Shown piece by piece: positions 28,306-38,724 of a stretch of DNA of 64,000 bases. The position numbers and the translations under genes were made by a program. The stretch is taken from NCBI GenBank assembly GCA_965221955.1, contig CBDCTA010000022.1:96001-160000 (forward strand), read 5' to 3'. Each line of letters starts with the position of its first letter. Position 1 is the stretch's first letter. Below the pieces are notes generated by a model. That model made no database searches and had not been told where the DNA came from. It was given only the letters and a program-made list of their open reading frames with translations. This DNA is from Gammaproteobacteria bacterium. GTDB taxonomy: Bacteria; Pseudomonadota; Gammaproteobacteria; UBA4575.

Positions 28306-28415
28306 AAAAAAGCGCCCCGGTTTTTTTAACCGGGGCCAAGAATGACTCGGTTGGGGAGCCCGAGCCTTTTTAATCCCGCTAAGGGAGGGAAGCGGGTGAC
28401 GCTATTTGCGTCACT
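28306..28415 (-). ncRNA. ~110-nt sRNA with C-rich loops at the polA-engB locus (sX13/ErsA/Spot42 position)
   Basis: Stems GUGACGC/GCGUCAC, CCCGCU/AGCGGG (loop UCCCUCCCUU), GGCUCGG/CCGAGUC (loop GCUCCCCAA), then terminator GCCCCGGUU/AACCGGGGC + U6; sigmaE promoter directly upstream. Confidence 0.85.
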
Positions 28416-28418
28416 AAA

Positions 28419-28445
28419 TTAGAGGATGATTAGCAATAAAAGTTC
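28419..28445 (-). promoter_or_regulatory. sigmaE/AlgU promoter of the sRNA
   Basis: Minus strand GAACTT-N16-TCTAA, consensus match. Confidence 0.8.
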
Positions 28446-28512
28446 GCCAGAAATGGCTAAAAAATAAACAGCTCGTTTATTGACAAATCTACTTTAAAAA
28501 CCGTAAACCAGA

Positions 28513-28911
28513 CTAAAAGCGCTGCTTTACTGAAATCCCATACGCACTCGTGTCTTCATCTGGGAGGGTAATATTATTATGGTGCTTGGATTGCTGACGA
28601 AGATCATCTAAGCCATCACCTTGATAAATCTCAAAAGATAATAAACGCTGCTCAGAATTAGTTGGCTCAGTTAGGTCTGTGCTACCAATTGAATTAGGCA
28701 AAATTATACGTTCATGTAGGTCAATCACTTTCTTTTGCTGTTCAACATCAGGGGACCACGCAAAAGGATGATTAGAATTGGCTAAGTTATTTTCAAAAGC
28801 TGAACTTTCTTTACTCAGTTCTGGCTCAACTGCATTCGCAACTTGAGCGACTGATACCATAGATACCAAAGTGGCAAGTAAAATAGCAGTAGTAATGATG
28901 TTCCTTATCAT
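28513..28911 (-). CDS. hypothetical exported protein
   Basis: Signal peptide (ANA-V), AGGA SD, C-terminal AYGISVKQRF. Confidence 0.65.
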   Translation of the reverse strand: MIRNIITTAILLATLVSMVSVAQVANAVEPELSKESSAFENNLANSNHPFAWSPDVEQQKKVIDLHERIILPNSIGSTDLTEPTNSEQRLLSFEIYQGDGLDDLRQQSKHHNNITLPDEDTSAYGISVKQRF

Positions 28912-29122
28912 TATCAGTCCTATAAGTAAAAAGGGTCTTCACTTATAAAGCGTTCCAACTCCAAGTGAATTAGGAATGATTATATTTCTGCTTATAACGA
29001 CTGTTTACATAGCAAGATAAGTGGTGAAACCAAAATGATAAATGGATTCACTTAACTACAAAATCCAATCATCTCGGTTGTAACTAACTGATTTATTATT
29101 TCACATCAAAATCGAAATGTTT

Positions 29123-31939
29123 CTAATGGGCTTCATCCCAATTATCGCCCACAGCCGCATCTACCACCAAAGGCACTGAAAGCTCTGCTGCCGCTTCCAT
29201 CTGTTCAATCACATTTTGCTTTGTCGATTCGATGGCCTTATTTTTAACTTCAAATACCAATTCATCGTGTACTTGCATAATCATTTTGCATTCAGCTTGC
29301 TTATCACAAAGGTAGTCGTCAATTTTAATCATCGCGCGTTTAATAATATCGGCCGCAGTACCTTGCATCGGTGCATTAATTGCAGTGCGTTCAGCATACT
29401 GGCGTCGTTGCACATTTTTATTATTAATATCGGGCAAATAAAGTCTTCTACCAAATAATGTTTCCACATATCCCTGTTCACGCGCTTGCTCACGTATATT
29501 GTCCATATATTTTTTTACACCAGGATAGCGTTCAAAATACAAACTCACATATTGCTGTGCTTCTGTACGAGTAATTCCAAGTTGCTTGGCTAAACCAAAT
29601 GCTGACATACCATAAATTAAACCAAAGTTAATCGCTTTAGCCGCACGACGCTGTTCCGCTTCAACTTTATCAAGGCTCAAACCAAAAACTTCTGCTGCCG
29701 TCGCACGGTGAATATCTTCACCTTTAGCAAAAGCATCCGTTAGCCTTTCATCGCTTGATAAATGTGCCATGATACGTAACTCAATCTGGGAATAGTCTGC
29801 TGCTAAAACTTGAAATCCTTTTGGCGCTACAAACGCTTGGCGCACTCGTCTTCCTTCTTCTGTGCGAATCGGAATGTTTTGTAAATTTGGGTCAGAGGAA
29901 GATAACCTGCCTGTAATTGCTACAGCCTGATGATACGAAGTATGAATACGATTAGTTTTAGAATTAATTAAGGATGGTAATTTATCGACATAGGTAGATT
30001 TAAGTTTACTTAGTGTACGATGTTCAAGCAGTAACTTTGGCAATGGGTAATCGATCGCAAGTTCTTGCAGCACATCTTCTGCAGTAGAAGGTTGCCCTTT
30101 AGGTGTTTTACGAATTACAGGAATACCTTGTTTTTCAAATAAAATTTCTTGAATCTGTTTAGGTGAACTTAAATTAAATTTTTCTCCTGCAAGCTCAAAG
30201 GCCTCTTTTTCAACTTCTACAATTCGCTTACTAAGTTGTTTGCCTTGTTTCTCTAATTGTTTATCATCAAGCAGCACACCATTGCGTTCTATATTTGAAA
30301 GCACCTTTAAGCATAGGTAATTCAATGGTTTCATAAAGTTCTTTTTGCTTAACTTTTTTCTTTTGCTGCAATTCTTTCCAAAAAACTTGATGTAACCGCA
30401 ATACCATATCGGCATCCTCAGCTGCATAATCCAAAGCTGTATCAAGCTCTACTTGATCAAAAGTGATTTGTTTTGCCCCCTTGCCGGCAACCTCTTCAAA
30501 ATGAATATTTGTGTGATCTAAATATTTTTCACACAAAGTATCTAAATCATGTCGGCTAGCTACCGAGTTACACACATACGACTCCAACATCGTATCGTGT
30601 TGTATGCCATTTAATTCAACACCATGATTTAACAATACACTTCGATCATATTTCAGGTTATGACCAATAATCTTTGCATGCTTATCATTTAGAATCGGTT
30701 CAAGCAGTTTGAGTACTTCTTCTCTATTCAACTGTTTAGACACACCGGAATAAGTATGTGCGAGAGGCACATAGGCCGCCTCTCCAGCTTTAACTGAAAA
30801 AGATAATCCCACCACATTGGCTTGCATGTAATCCAAGCTATCCGTCTCGGTATCAAAGGCAACTAAATCTGGCAGCTTTGAGTTTTTTTACCCAAGCATT
30901 GAAATCTTTTTTTGTCGTAGGACTGAGTTGGTAATTAGCTTCTTAACTAGGTAGCCTTCAGCATCTATAGTATCTTGTAGTTCTTCCGATTCATCACCTT
31001 CATTTAGAATCAATCAGTCACCTTCTTCTTCATTTACCCATGGCCTTCAACCAAGATTTAAACTCTAATTCTGTGTATACAAGCTTTCGTAGTGTAGAGC
31101 GTTTCCTCTTGCTTGAATGAGCTAAATCATCAATCTTGATTGACAATTCCAAGTCACAACGAATCGTGGTTAATTCTTTTGATAGAGGTATTTGGTCTAA
31201 ATGTGCACGAAATTTTTCACCCACTTTGCCTTTAATAGCATCGGCGTTTTTAATTAACTCATCCAGAGTTTCATATTCATTTAACCACTTAGCAGCCGTC
31301 TTAGGCCCTACACTGGGTACACCAGGAATATTGTCAGACTTGTCACCCGTCAGTGCGAGATATTCAATAATTTGATGTGGTGCTACACCAAATTTTTCCA
31401 TCACACCATCTGCATCCATTTTAGTATCCGTCATCGTATTCACTAAGCGTAACTTTTTCATTCACTAGTTGAGCCATATCTTTGTCACCAGTTGATATTA
31501 GTACTTCATGACCCTGTTCAGCCGCTTGCCTTGCCAGCGTGCCGATCACATCATCAGCTTCTACACCAGATTCAGAAATTAGCGGTAATCCCAAAGTGCG
31601 CACCATTTCGTAAAGTGGTTCAATCTGGATTTGCATATCTTCAGGCATCGGTGGACGCGTCGCTTTATAGTCTTCATACATATCATGCCGAAACGTTTTA
31701 CCTTTGGCATCGAACACAACTCCAATATGGCTTGGCTCAACCTCTGCCTGAAGTCTTTTCAGCATACTAACTACTCCACGAATAACACCTGTAGGCATAC
31801 CTTCGCTGTTATGTAATTCTTGTAAATTACGTATGTGATATGCGCGGTACAAATATGAAGAACCATCGACAAGTACAATAGGTGGCGTAGAGTCTGTTTT
31901 AGCCTTAGATGTCGCTTTGTTTTTTGTTTTTTTAGGCAT
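29123..31939 (-). CDS. polA: DNA polymerase I (split by several frameshifts, probably sequencing errors)
   Basis: 5'-exo [12 protein letters not shown] and [10 protein letters not shown]; 3'-exo AFDTET and GHNLKYD; polymerase [25 protein letters not shown]; spread over four ORFs with indels between ~30310 and ~31450. Confidence 0.95.
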
Positions 31940-32128
31940 GTAAAAGAACTTATCGCTAGTGATCAATCAAGTTGAACGTTATCATGTCGCTAAAATTGAA
32001 GCATGTAAGCGACTAAATATATTCCACATCTTGAGTCTGGGATCTTAGTTTAAAAGTTGAGCAAATTTATACTCCTCATATGAGAGCTCTGATTTTCTAA
32101 TAGTAAAAATAAGAATAAATCTCCAAAT

Positions 32129-33067
32129 ATGTCTGTCTATACAAACATCGAGCACAACGAACTCGAAGTTTTTCTAAGTAATTATTCTTTAGGTGCACTT
32201 ATCGGTTACCAGGGCATTAATGCAGGCATCGAGAATACAAATTATTTTGTTACTACAGAGAATGGCGAATTTGTGCTCACTATTTTTGAAGAAATTGGCT
32301 TTGATGTTTTACCTTATTACCTAAATCTAATGGCACATTTATCTGATCACGGTATGCCCACGGCGCATCCCATCGCAGATTTAGACAACGACTATGTTCG
32401 TACATTAAAAGGTAAACCTGCTGCAATCGTGCGACGCTTAGAAGGTAAAAACGAACTTCAACCTGGCAGTTCACATTGTGCCGCTGTGGGTCATGCTCTT
32501 GCACAAATGCATACCGTAGGAAAATCATTCGAAGGTGTGCATGAAAATCCACGCGGTATTACTTGGGTAGAAAAAACTGCTGTGCGTGTGTTCAACAAGC
32601 TTTCAAACGAAGAGAAAACTATTCTCGAACAAGAAATAAATTTTCGGAAACAAACTTTACCTGATGATTTGCCTAAGGGTGTAATTCATGCAGATTTATT
32701 TCGCGACAACGTTATGTTTATGGGTCGAGCCCTCACTGGTATTATCGATTTCTATTATGCATGTAATGATTTCCTGCTATATGACTTAGCTATTACCGTA
32801 AACGACTGGTGTAGCAATGAAAATGGTGAATTAAATATGGATTGCTACCAGGCGTTAATTCATGCATACCAAGCAGAGCGTAAACTTCATCCTCAAGAAG
32901 TAGAAACTTGGCAGTATATGTTACGTGCTGCAGCATTACGTTTTTGGCTATCACGCTTACAAGACAAGATCTTTCCCAAAGATGGTGAAATTACCCATAT
33001 CAAAAACCCCGATGTATTTAAAAATATTTTATTAGCGCGTATTGGCTACGTACCCAGCCTAGTTTAA
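32129..33067 (+). CDS. thrB: homoserine kinase, type II (Pseudomonas-type)
   Basis: MSVYT, GIENTNYF, IHADLFRDN, IDFYYAC, RFWLSRL. Confidence 0.94.
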   Translation: MSVYTNIEHNELEVFLSNYSLGALIGYQGINAGIENTNYFVTTENGEFVLTIFEEIGFDVLPYYLNLMAHLSDHGMPTAHPIADLDNDYVRTLKGKPAAIVRRLEGKNELQPGSSHCAAVGHALAQMHTVGKSFEGVHENPRGITWVEKTAVRVFNKLSNEEKTILEQEINFRKQTLPDDLPKGVIHADLFRDNVMFMGRALTGIIDFYYACNDFLLYDLAITVNDWCSNENGELNMDCYQALIHAYQAERKLHPQEVETWQYMLRAAALRFWLSRLQDKIFPKDGEITHIKNPDVFKNILLARIGYVPSLV

Positions 33068-33077
33068 ATAAGTTTAG

Positions 33078-33578
33078 TTGATGGAAAGCCTGTGTAACAA
33101 AATTGATGCGTTTAACGAACGTGTCGGTCAATACATTGCATGGTTTGTTCTTGCTATGGTTTGTGTAACCTTTTTAGTTGTTGTAATGCGTTATGGCTTT
33201 AACTTTGGTCGCATTGCAATGCAAGAATCAATAACCTACATGCATGCATTAGTCTTCATGCTCGCAGGTGCATATACCTTAAAACACAACGAACATGTGC
33301 GTGTTGATATTTTTTATCAAGACATGTCGCCGCATAATAAAGCCAAAGTAGATTTTTTTGGTACTCTATTTTTGTTGCTACCTTTCACATGTTTCATTGT
33401 TTGGGTTAGTTTTAATTATGTGAGCAACTCATGGAAATTACTGGAAGGTTCACGTGAAGCTGGGGGCTTACCTTTAGTTTATCTTTTAAAAACGCTAATC
33501 CCATTAATGGCGATTTTGTTATTTCTGCAAGCCGTTTCTTTAGCAGGACGGGCTTGGATAACGCTGAGAAAACAATAA
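33078..33578 (+). CDS. TRAP transporter small permease (DctQ family)
   Basis: YTLKHNEHVRVDIFY, four TMs; ATG at 33081 probable start. Confidence 0.92.
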   Translation: MMESLCNKIDAFNERVGQYIAWFVLAMVCVTFLVVVMRYGFNFGRIAMQESITYMHALVFMLAGAYTLKHNEHVRVDIFYQDMSPHNKAKVDFFGTLFLLLPFTCFIVWVSFNYVSNSWKLLEGSREAGGLPLVYLLKTLIPLMAILLFLQAVSLAGRAWITLRKQ

Positions 33579-33590
33579 CAGCATACATAA

Positions 33591-34964
33591 ATGGAAATTA
33601 TTGCTTTTATATTATTCCTAGCTGTTATTGGTGTATTGCTATTTGGCTTCCCAGTGGCTTTTACACTCGCAGGGGTCTCGCTGATGTTTGCTTTTGTGGG
33701 AATACTTACAGGTCACTTTGATCTCGCGCTATTGCATGCTTTCCCAAGTCGTTTGTTCGGCATCATGACAAATGAAACATTAATTGCTGTTCCACTTTTT
33801 GTCTTCATGGGCGTAATGCTAGAACGCTCTAATATCGCCGAAGAACTACTCGATTCGATGGCATCACTTTTTGGCGCTTTGCGAGGAGGGTTGGGAATCT
33901 CAGTGGTGTTAGTGGGTATGTTATTAGCTGCAAGTACAGGCATCGTTGGTGCTACGGTAGTGACCTTGGGACTATTATCCTTACCTACTATGTTAAATCG
34001 AGGTTATCGAAGCGATGTTTCTACTGGTTTAATTTGCGCATCAGGCACCTTAGGACAAATCATTCCACCTTCGATTATTCTAGTTCTGCTCGGAGATATT
34101 CTTTCTTCTGCTTATCAACAGGCGCAACTTAAACAAGGCATATTCTCTCCAGAAACAGTATCCGTAGGTGATTTATTTTTAGGCGCTGTCTTTCCAGGTT
34201 TACTACTCGTTGCTTTGTATCTCTTTTATCTAATTTTCATCGCCTGGACAAAACCTGATGCGATGCCTGCCATTCCACAACAAAATGATATCGATTTTAC
34301 AACTTGGTTAAAACGTATTTTGCGTGCACTTTTACCACCAATCATTTTAATTGTTGCTGTACTAGGCTCTATATTTAAAGGCATTGCCACACCTACAGAA
34401 GCAGCATCTGTAGGTGCAGTCGGCGCAATTTTATTAGCACTGTTTAATCGTCGTTTAGATATACAATGTTTAAAAGATGTCATGCAACGTTCGGCACGTG
34501 TTACTTGTATGGTATTTATGATTTTTATAGGTGCTTCTATTTTCTCTTTGGTGTTTCGTGGCTATGGGGGCGATGTTGCAGTACATGAATTGCTTACTCA
34601 ATTACCAGGCGGTGTTTTTTCAGCAGTTTTTATTGTCATGTTATTAATGTTCTTGCTTGGTTTTATTTTAGACTTCATTGAAATTACTTTTGTAGTGGTG
34701 CCCATTGTTGGGCCCGTATTGCTCACCTTGGGAGTAGATCCGGTTTGGTTAGGTGTGATGATTGCGATTAATTTACAAACTTCTTTTTTAACCCCGCCAT
34801 TTGGCTTTGCATTGTTTTATTTGCGCGGTGTTGCGCCGAAAGAGATTCAAACCAAACAAATTTACAAAGGTGTTGCACCTTTTATTGCCATTCAAGTGTT
34901 TGCATTGATGTTGATCGCATACTTTCCCGAGCTCGCAACTTGGTTGCCGCAAAAAGTTTACTAG
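33591..34964 (+). CDS. TRAP transporter large permease (DctM family)
   Basis: GTLGQIIPPS, ATPTEAA, QTSFLTPPFG. Confidence 0.94.
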   Translation: MEIIAFILFLAVIGVLLFGFPVAFTLAGVSLMFAFVGILTGHFDLALLHAFPSRLFGIMTNETLIAVPLFVFMGVMLERSNIAEELLDSMASLFGALRGGLGISVVLVGMLLAASTGIVGATVVTLGLLSLPTMLNRGYRSDVSTGLICASGTLGQIIPPSIILVLLGDILSSAYQQAQLKQGIFSPETVSVGDLFLGAVFPGLLLVALYLFYLIFIAWTKPDAMPAIPQQNDIDFTTWLKRILRALLPPIILIVAVLGSIFKGIATPTEAASVGAVGAILLALFNRRLDIQCLKDVMQRSARVTCMVFMIFIGASIFSLVFRGYGGDVAVHELLTQLPGGVFSAVFIVMLLMFLLGFILDFIEITFVVVPIVGPVLLTLGVDPVWLGVMIAINLQTSFLTPPFGFALFYLRGVAPKEIQTKQIYKGVAPFIAIQVFALMLIAYFPELATWLPQKVY

Positions 34965-34989
34965 AAGTTTTAAAAAAACTATTCAGGCA

Positions 34990-35030
34990 TAAAAAACGGC
35001 GCCAATAAAATATTATCTGGAGCCGTTGTT
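34990..35030 (-). terminator. intrinsic terminator between convergent genes
   Basis: AACGGC-GCCA...TGGA-GCCGTT stem preceded by an A-run (U-tail on the minus strand). Confidence 0.55.
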
Positions 35031-35069
35031 CTAAGATAATTTATGGGAAAATTTATCGAAAAAGTTTCT

Positions 35070-35309
35070 TTAACCGTATGGTGAGAAAGTAGGTACTAAT
35101 TGGAAATAGGCAAAAATAATTAAAATTGCATAACTAATTCCAAATACCAACATAATAGCTTTATTTGTGGCTGTTATTTCTTTCCCCGTAGAACGTATCG
35201 GCAAGGATGCAATATAAAGCGCTATAAGTAAGTTAGCTAAGAAAAATAATTGTGTGGTGTATTCCTTGGCATCCCACATGGTGCGCCATTTGACAAAAAG
35301 GTCTTCCAC
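35070..35309 (-). CDS. small two-TM membrane protein
   Basis: Strong AGGAGG SD before GTG; two hydrophobic segments. Confidence 0.7.
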   Translation of the reverse strand: MEDLFVKWRTMWDAKEYTTQLFFLANLLIALYIASLPIRSTGKEITATNKAIMLVFGISYAILIIFAYFQLVPTFSPYG

Positions 35310-35380
35310 AATATTGCCTCCTTTCCTGTATTTTTATTATGGTTATTATGTTGTGATTAAATTCAATGGTGTGTTGTAGT

Positions 35381-36496
35381 CTATCCAGTGCGTAAGTTCA
35401 AGTAGGCACGTTCTGAAATATCTAGCCAGGCACGAGATTTATTGAAGAAATTTGTATAAGAATCATAGATCTCGCGCGCCAATGGGTCAGTATAGCCCAA
35501 TTCAGCTGTCACCTCTTTTGATAGCGCAGCAAGCTTACTAATCACATCATCTGGCAATTTACGTACATCAACATTGTGTTCATTCACTAAGGTATCCAGT
35601 GCATCGTTATTACGCGCGATATATTCCAAAGCCATATCCTGATTTGCCACTCGACATGCATTCATTACGATAGCTTGTAAGTCAGCAGGCAGCTCTGCAA
35701 AGGCTTCTTGGTTAATAAAGCACTCAAGCGTTGTACCAGGCTCATGCCAACCAGGGTAATAATAATATTTCGCAATTTTATGAAACCCAAAGGCAAGATC
35801 ATTGTAGGGTCCCACCCACTCTGTGGCATCTATATTTCCGGATTGCAATGAAGTAAACAATTCACCTCCAGGCAAATTCACCGGTGTGCCTCCAGCACGT
35901 TTTAGTACTTCACCCCCTAGACCAGGAATGCGCATTTTTAAACCTTTCAAGTCTTCAAGCGTATTTATTTCTTTATTAAACCAACCTGCCATTTGCACAT
36001 TTGTATTACCCGCAGCAGCAGGCACTAAACCAAATTGTTTATACGCTTCTTGCCAAAGTTCCATGCCACCCCCATGGTACAACCAAGCATTCATCTCCAT
36101 CGCTGTCATACCAAAAGGAGTTGTAGAGAAAAACTGTAATGCAGAATTTTTACCTTTCCAGTAATACGCAGAACCATGGCCCATTTGTGCCGAGCCATTC
36201 GATACGGCATCAAATATTTCAAATGCAGGTACCAACTCACCTGCACCATAAACGGTTACGTGAATGCGTCCATTCGACATTTCATTAATTTGTTTAGCCA
36301 AAAACTCTGCACCAGTTCCTAAACCTGGAAAATTTTTCGGCCAGGTAGTCACCATTTTCCATTGCCAAGTTTTAGCTGGAGATGTACTTGCTTGCTGTGC
36401 ACTCGCATCACTTTTCTCCTCACCTTTGCAACCGGCTAATCCAGCACCTGTAAATGCACTCACTCCTGCGTACTGTAAAAATTTTCTTCTTTGCAT
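35381..36496 (-). CDS. TRAP substrate-binding protein (DctP/TakP-like, Tat lipoprotein)
   Basis: QRRKFL Tat motif, LAGC lipobox, WKMVTTWP, KMRIPGLGG, EWVGPYND, YYPGWHEP. Confidence 0.93.
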   Translation of the reverse strand: MQRRKFLQYAGVSAFTGAGLAGCKGEEKSDASAQQASTSPAKTWQWKMVTTWPKNFPGLGTGAEFLAKQINEMSNGRIHVTVYGAGELVPAFEIFDAVSNGSAQMGHGSAYYWKGKNSALQFFSTTPFGMTAMEMNAWLYHGGGMELWQEAYKQFGLVPAAAGNTNVQMAGWFNKEINTLEDLKGLKMRIPGLGGEVLKRAGGTPVNLPGGELFTSLQSGNIDATEWVGPYNDLAFGFHKIAKYYYYPGWHEPGTTLECFINQEAFAELPADLQAIVMNACRVANQDMALEYIARNNDALDTLVNEHNVDVRKLPDDVISKLAALSKEVTAELGYTDPLAREIYDSYTNFFNKSRAWLDISERAYLNLRTG

Positions 36497-36532
36497 AATG
36501 ATTATTTTTAAAAGTTGATTAAATTAAAATAA

Positions 36533-38722
36533 TTAGGCAATTACATTTAAATTCGCGTACGCAAGCACTAGCCATTTGCTCCCCGCATCTTCAAAATGAA
36601 CTTGCACTCTTGCACTACTGCCTTTGCCTTCACAGTCTAACACTACACCTTCACCAAATTTTGCATGCGATACACGCCCACCAATTTTAATTCCTGTGTC
36701 TGCAAGTGCATCCGCTTTAGTACTCATACCATTAACCATGGTTGAAGGCTTACGCATCGGTTGCGTCACCATGGCACGCGGGCGTACTTCTGCAATTAAA
36801 TCCGACGGAATTTCACTAATGAATCGTGATGGAGGGTTGTAGTTATCAGAGCCATATTGACGTCTTGACTCAGCATAGGTCATAACTAATTGCTTTCGAG
36901 CTCGCGTAATACCTACATAACAAAGCCTACGCTCTTCTTCTAACTTGCCGTGCTCCTCCATCGACATATTGGATGGAAACAAACCATCTTCCATACCTAC
37001 TAAAAACACCAATGGAAATTCTAACCCTTTCGCTGCATGCAAAGTCATTAACTGCACACAATCATCCCACTGCGCACCTTGACCTTCGCCAGCCTCTAAA
37101 GCAGCATGCGTTAAAAATGCATCTAACGGGGTCATGCCCTCATACAGTTCGTTATCCATATGAAAACCGCGCGCCGCAACCACTAGCTCTTCCAAGTTCT
37201 CTACACGTGACTTGGCTTTCTCGCTGCCATCTTTCCCATGATGCACCATCAAGCCTGACATCTGCACAACATGATCCACTTGCTCACTAAGTTCTAACTC
37301 AGCAATATCTTGAGATAGTTTCGCCATTAAATTCATAAATTGTGCCACGACATTCGAGGCACGCGCAGCTAACAAACTAGATTGCAAAACTTTCTCTGCA
37401 GCTTGCCACATAGTTAATTGATGTTGTTTAGCAAAATCACGAATCAATGCAACGGTGCGTTGCCCAATGCCACGAGTAGGTACATTGATAATGCGCTCAA
37501 AAGATGGATCATCATCTGTATTTTTTGCTAAACGTAAATAAGCCAGTGCGTCTTTAATTTCTGCACGTTCAAAGAAACGTAAACCGCCATATACACGGTA
37601 CGGAATACTTTGTGAGATAAAAACTTCTTCAAACATGCGTGATTGCGCATTAGAGCGATATAAAATGGCTACTTCTTCGCGCCTGCCATTACAGGTATCG
37701 ATCCAGTGTTTAATTTTATCCGCGACAAAACGCGCTTCATCTTGCTCATTAAAAGAGGCATATAAATAAATCGGATCGCCATCATCTCCTTCAGTCCATA
37801 ATTTTTTACCCATACGACCTTGATTATTATCGATCAAGGAATTTGCCGCAGATAAAATAGTGTTGGTTGAACGATAGTTTTGTTCTAAACGAAATAATTG
37901 CGAGCCGGTAAAGTCTTTTTCAAAACTTTGAATATTTTCAATACGTGCCCCTCGCCAACCATATATAGATTGATCATCATCGCCTACCGCAAAAATTGGA
38001 TTTTGATCCCCTGCTAATAACCTCAGCCAAAAATATTGAATGGAATTCGTATCTTGAAATTCATCTACCAAAATATGACGAAACTTGGTTTGATAATGAG
38101 CCAGCAACTCTGGATTTTGTTTTAACAATTCCAAGCTACGCAGCAACAATTCAGCAAAATCCACCAGGCCGGTTTGCTCACAGGCCTCTTGGTAGGCGGT
38201 GTAAATTCGAATCAGTTGGCGCTGTGTGATATCACCATTGTCATGTAAATCTTTAGGCCTATGACCTTCTTCTTTTTGAGAGTTGATAAACCAACATGCG
38301 TGTTTATGTGGCCATTTGTCATCATCTAAACCTAAACCTTGGATTACACGCTTTACTAAACGCAGTTGATCGCCACTGTCTAATATTTGAAAACTTTGTT
38401 TGAGATTGGCTTCTTGCCAATGCGCACGTAACATTCGATGTGAAATGCCATGAAAGGTGCCCATCCACATGCCAGCTAGATGATGATTGAGCAATTCTTC
38501 CACTCTAGCACGCATTTCTGCTGCAGCTTTATTAGTAAACGTTACTGCTAGAATACTGAAGGGCGAAACGCCTTCCACTTCGCATAGCCAGGCAATACGG
38601 TGTACTAATACGCGTGTTTTCCCACTGCCAGCCCCAGCAATGACTAATGAAGGTGCTGGAGGAGCACTAACCGCCTCGCGTTGTGCCTCGTTTAGAGGAT
38701 CCAAAATAGGTGTTACATCCAT
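36533..38722 (-). CDS. uvrD: DNA helicase II
   Basis: AGAGSGKTRVL, VDEFQDTN, LEQNYRST, TLHAAKGLEF, EEERRLCYVGITRA; ATG at 38722. Confidence 0.97.
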   Translation of the reverse strand: MDVTPILDPLNEAQREAVSAPPAPSLVIAGAGSGKTRVLVHRIAWLCEVEGVSPFSILAVTFTNKAAAEMRARVEELLNHHLAGMWMGTFHGISHRMLRAHWQEANLKQSFQILDSGDQLRLVKRVIQGLGLDDDKWPHKHACWFINSQKEEGHRPKDLHDNGDITQRQLIRIYTAYQEACEQTGLVDFAELLLRSLELLKQNPELLAHYQTKFRHILVDEFQDTNSIQYFWLRLLAGDQNPIFAVGDDDQSIYGWRGARIENIQSFEKDFTGSQLFRLEQNYRSTNTILSAANSLIDNNQGRMGKKLWTEGDDGDPIYLYASFNEQDEARFVADKIKHWIDTCNGRREEVAILYRSNAQSRMFEEVFISQSIPYRVYGGLRFFERAEIKDALAYLRLAKNTDDDPSFERIINVPTRGIGQRTVALIRDFAKQHQLTMWQAAEKVLQSSLLAARASNVVAQFMNLMAKLSQDIAELELSEQVDHVVQMSGLMVHHGKDGSEKAKSRVENLEELVVAARGFHMDNELYEGMTPLDAFLTHAALEAGEGQGAQWDDCVQLMTLHAAKGLEFPLVFLVGMEDGLFPSNMSMEEHGKLEEERRLCYVGITRARKQLVMTYAESRRQYGSDNYNPPSRFISEIPSDLIAEVRPRAMVTQPMRKPSTMVNGMSTKADALADTGIKIGGRVSHAKFGEGVVLDCEGKGSSARVQVHFEDAGSKWLVLAYANLNVIA

Positions 38723-38724
38723 AC

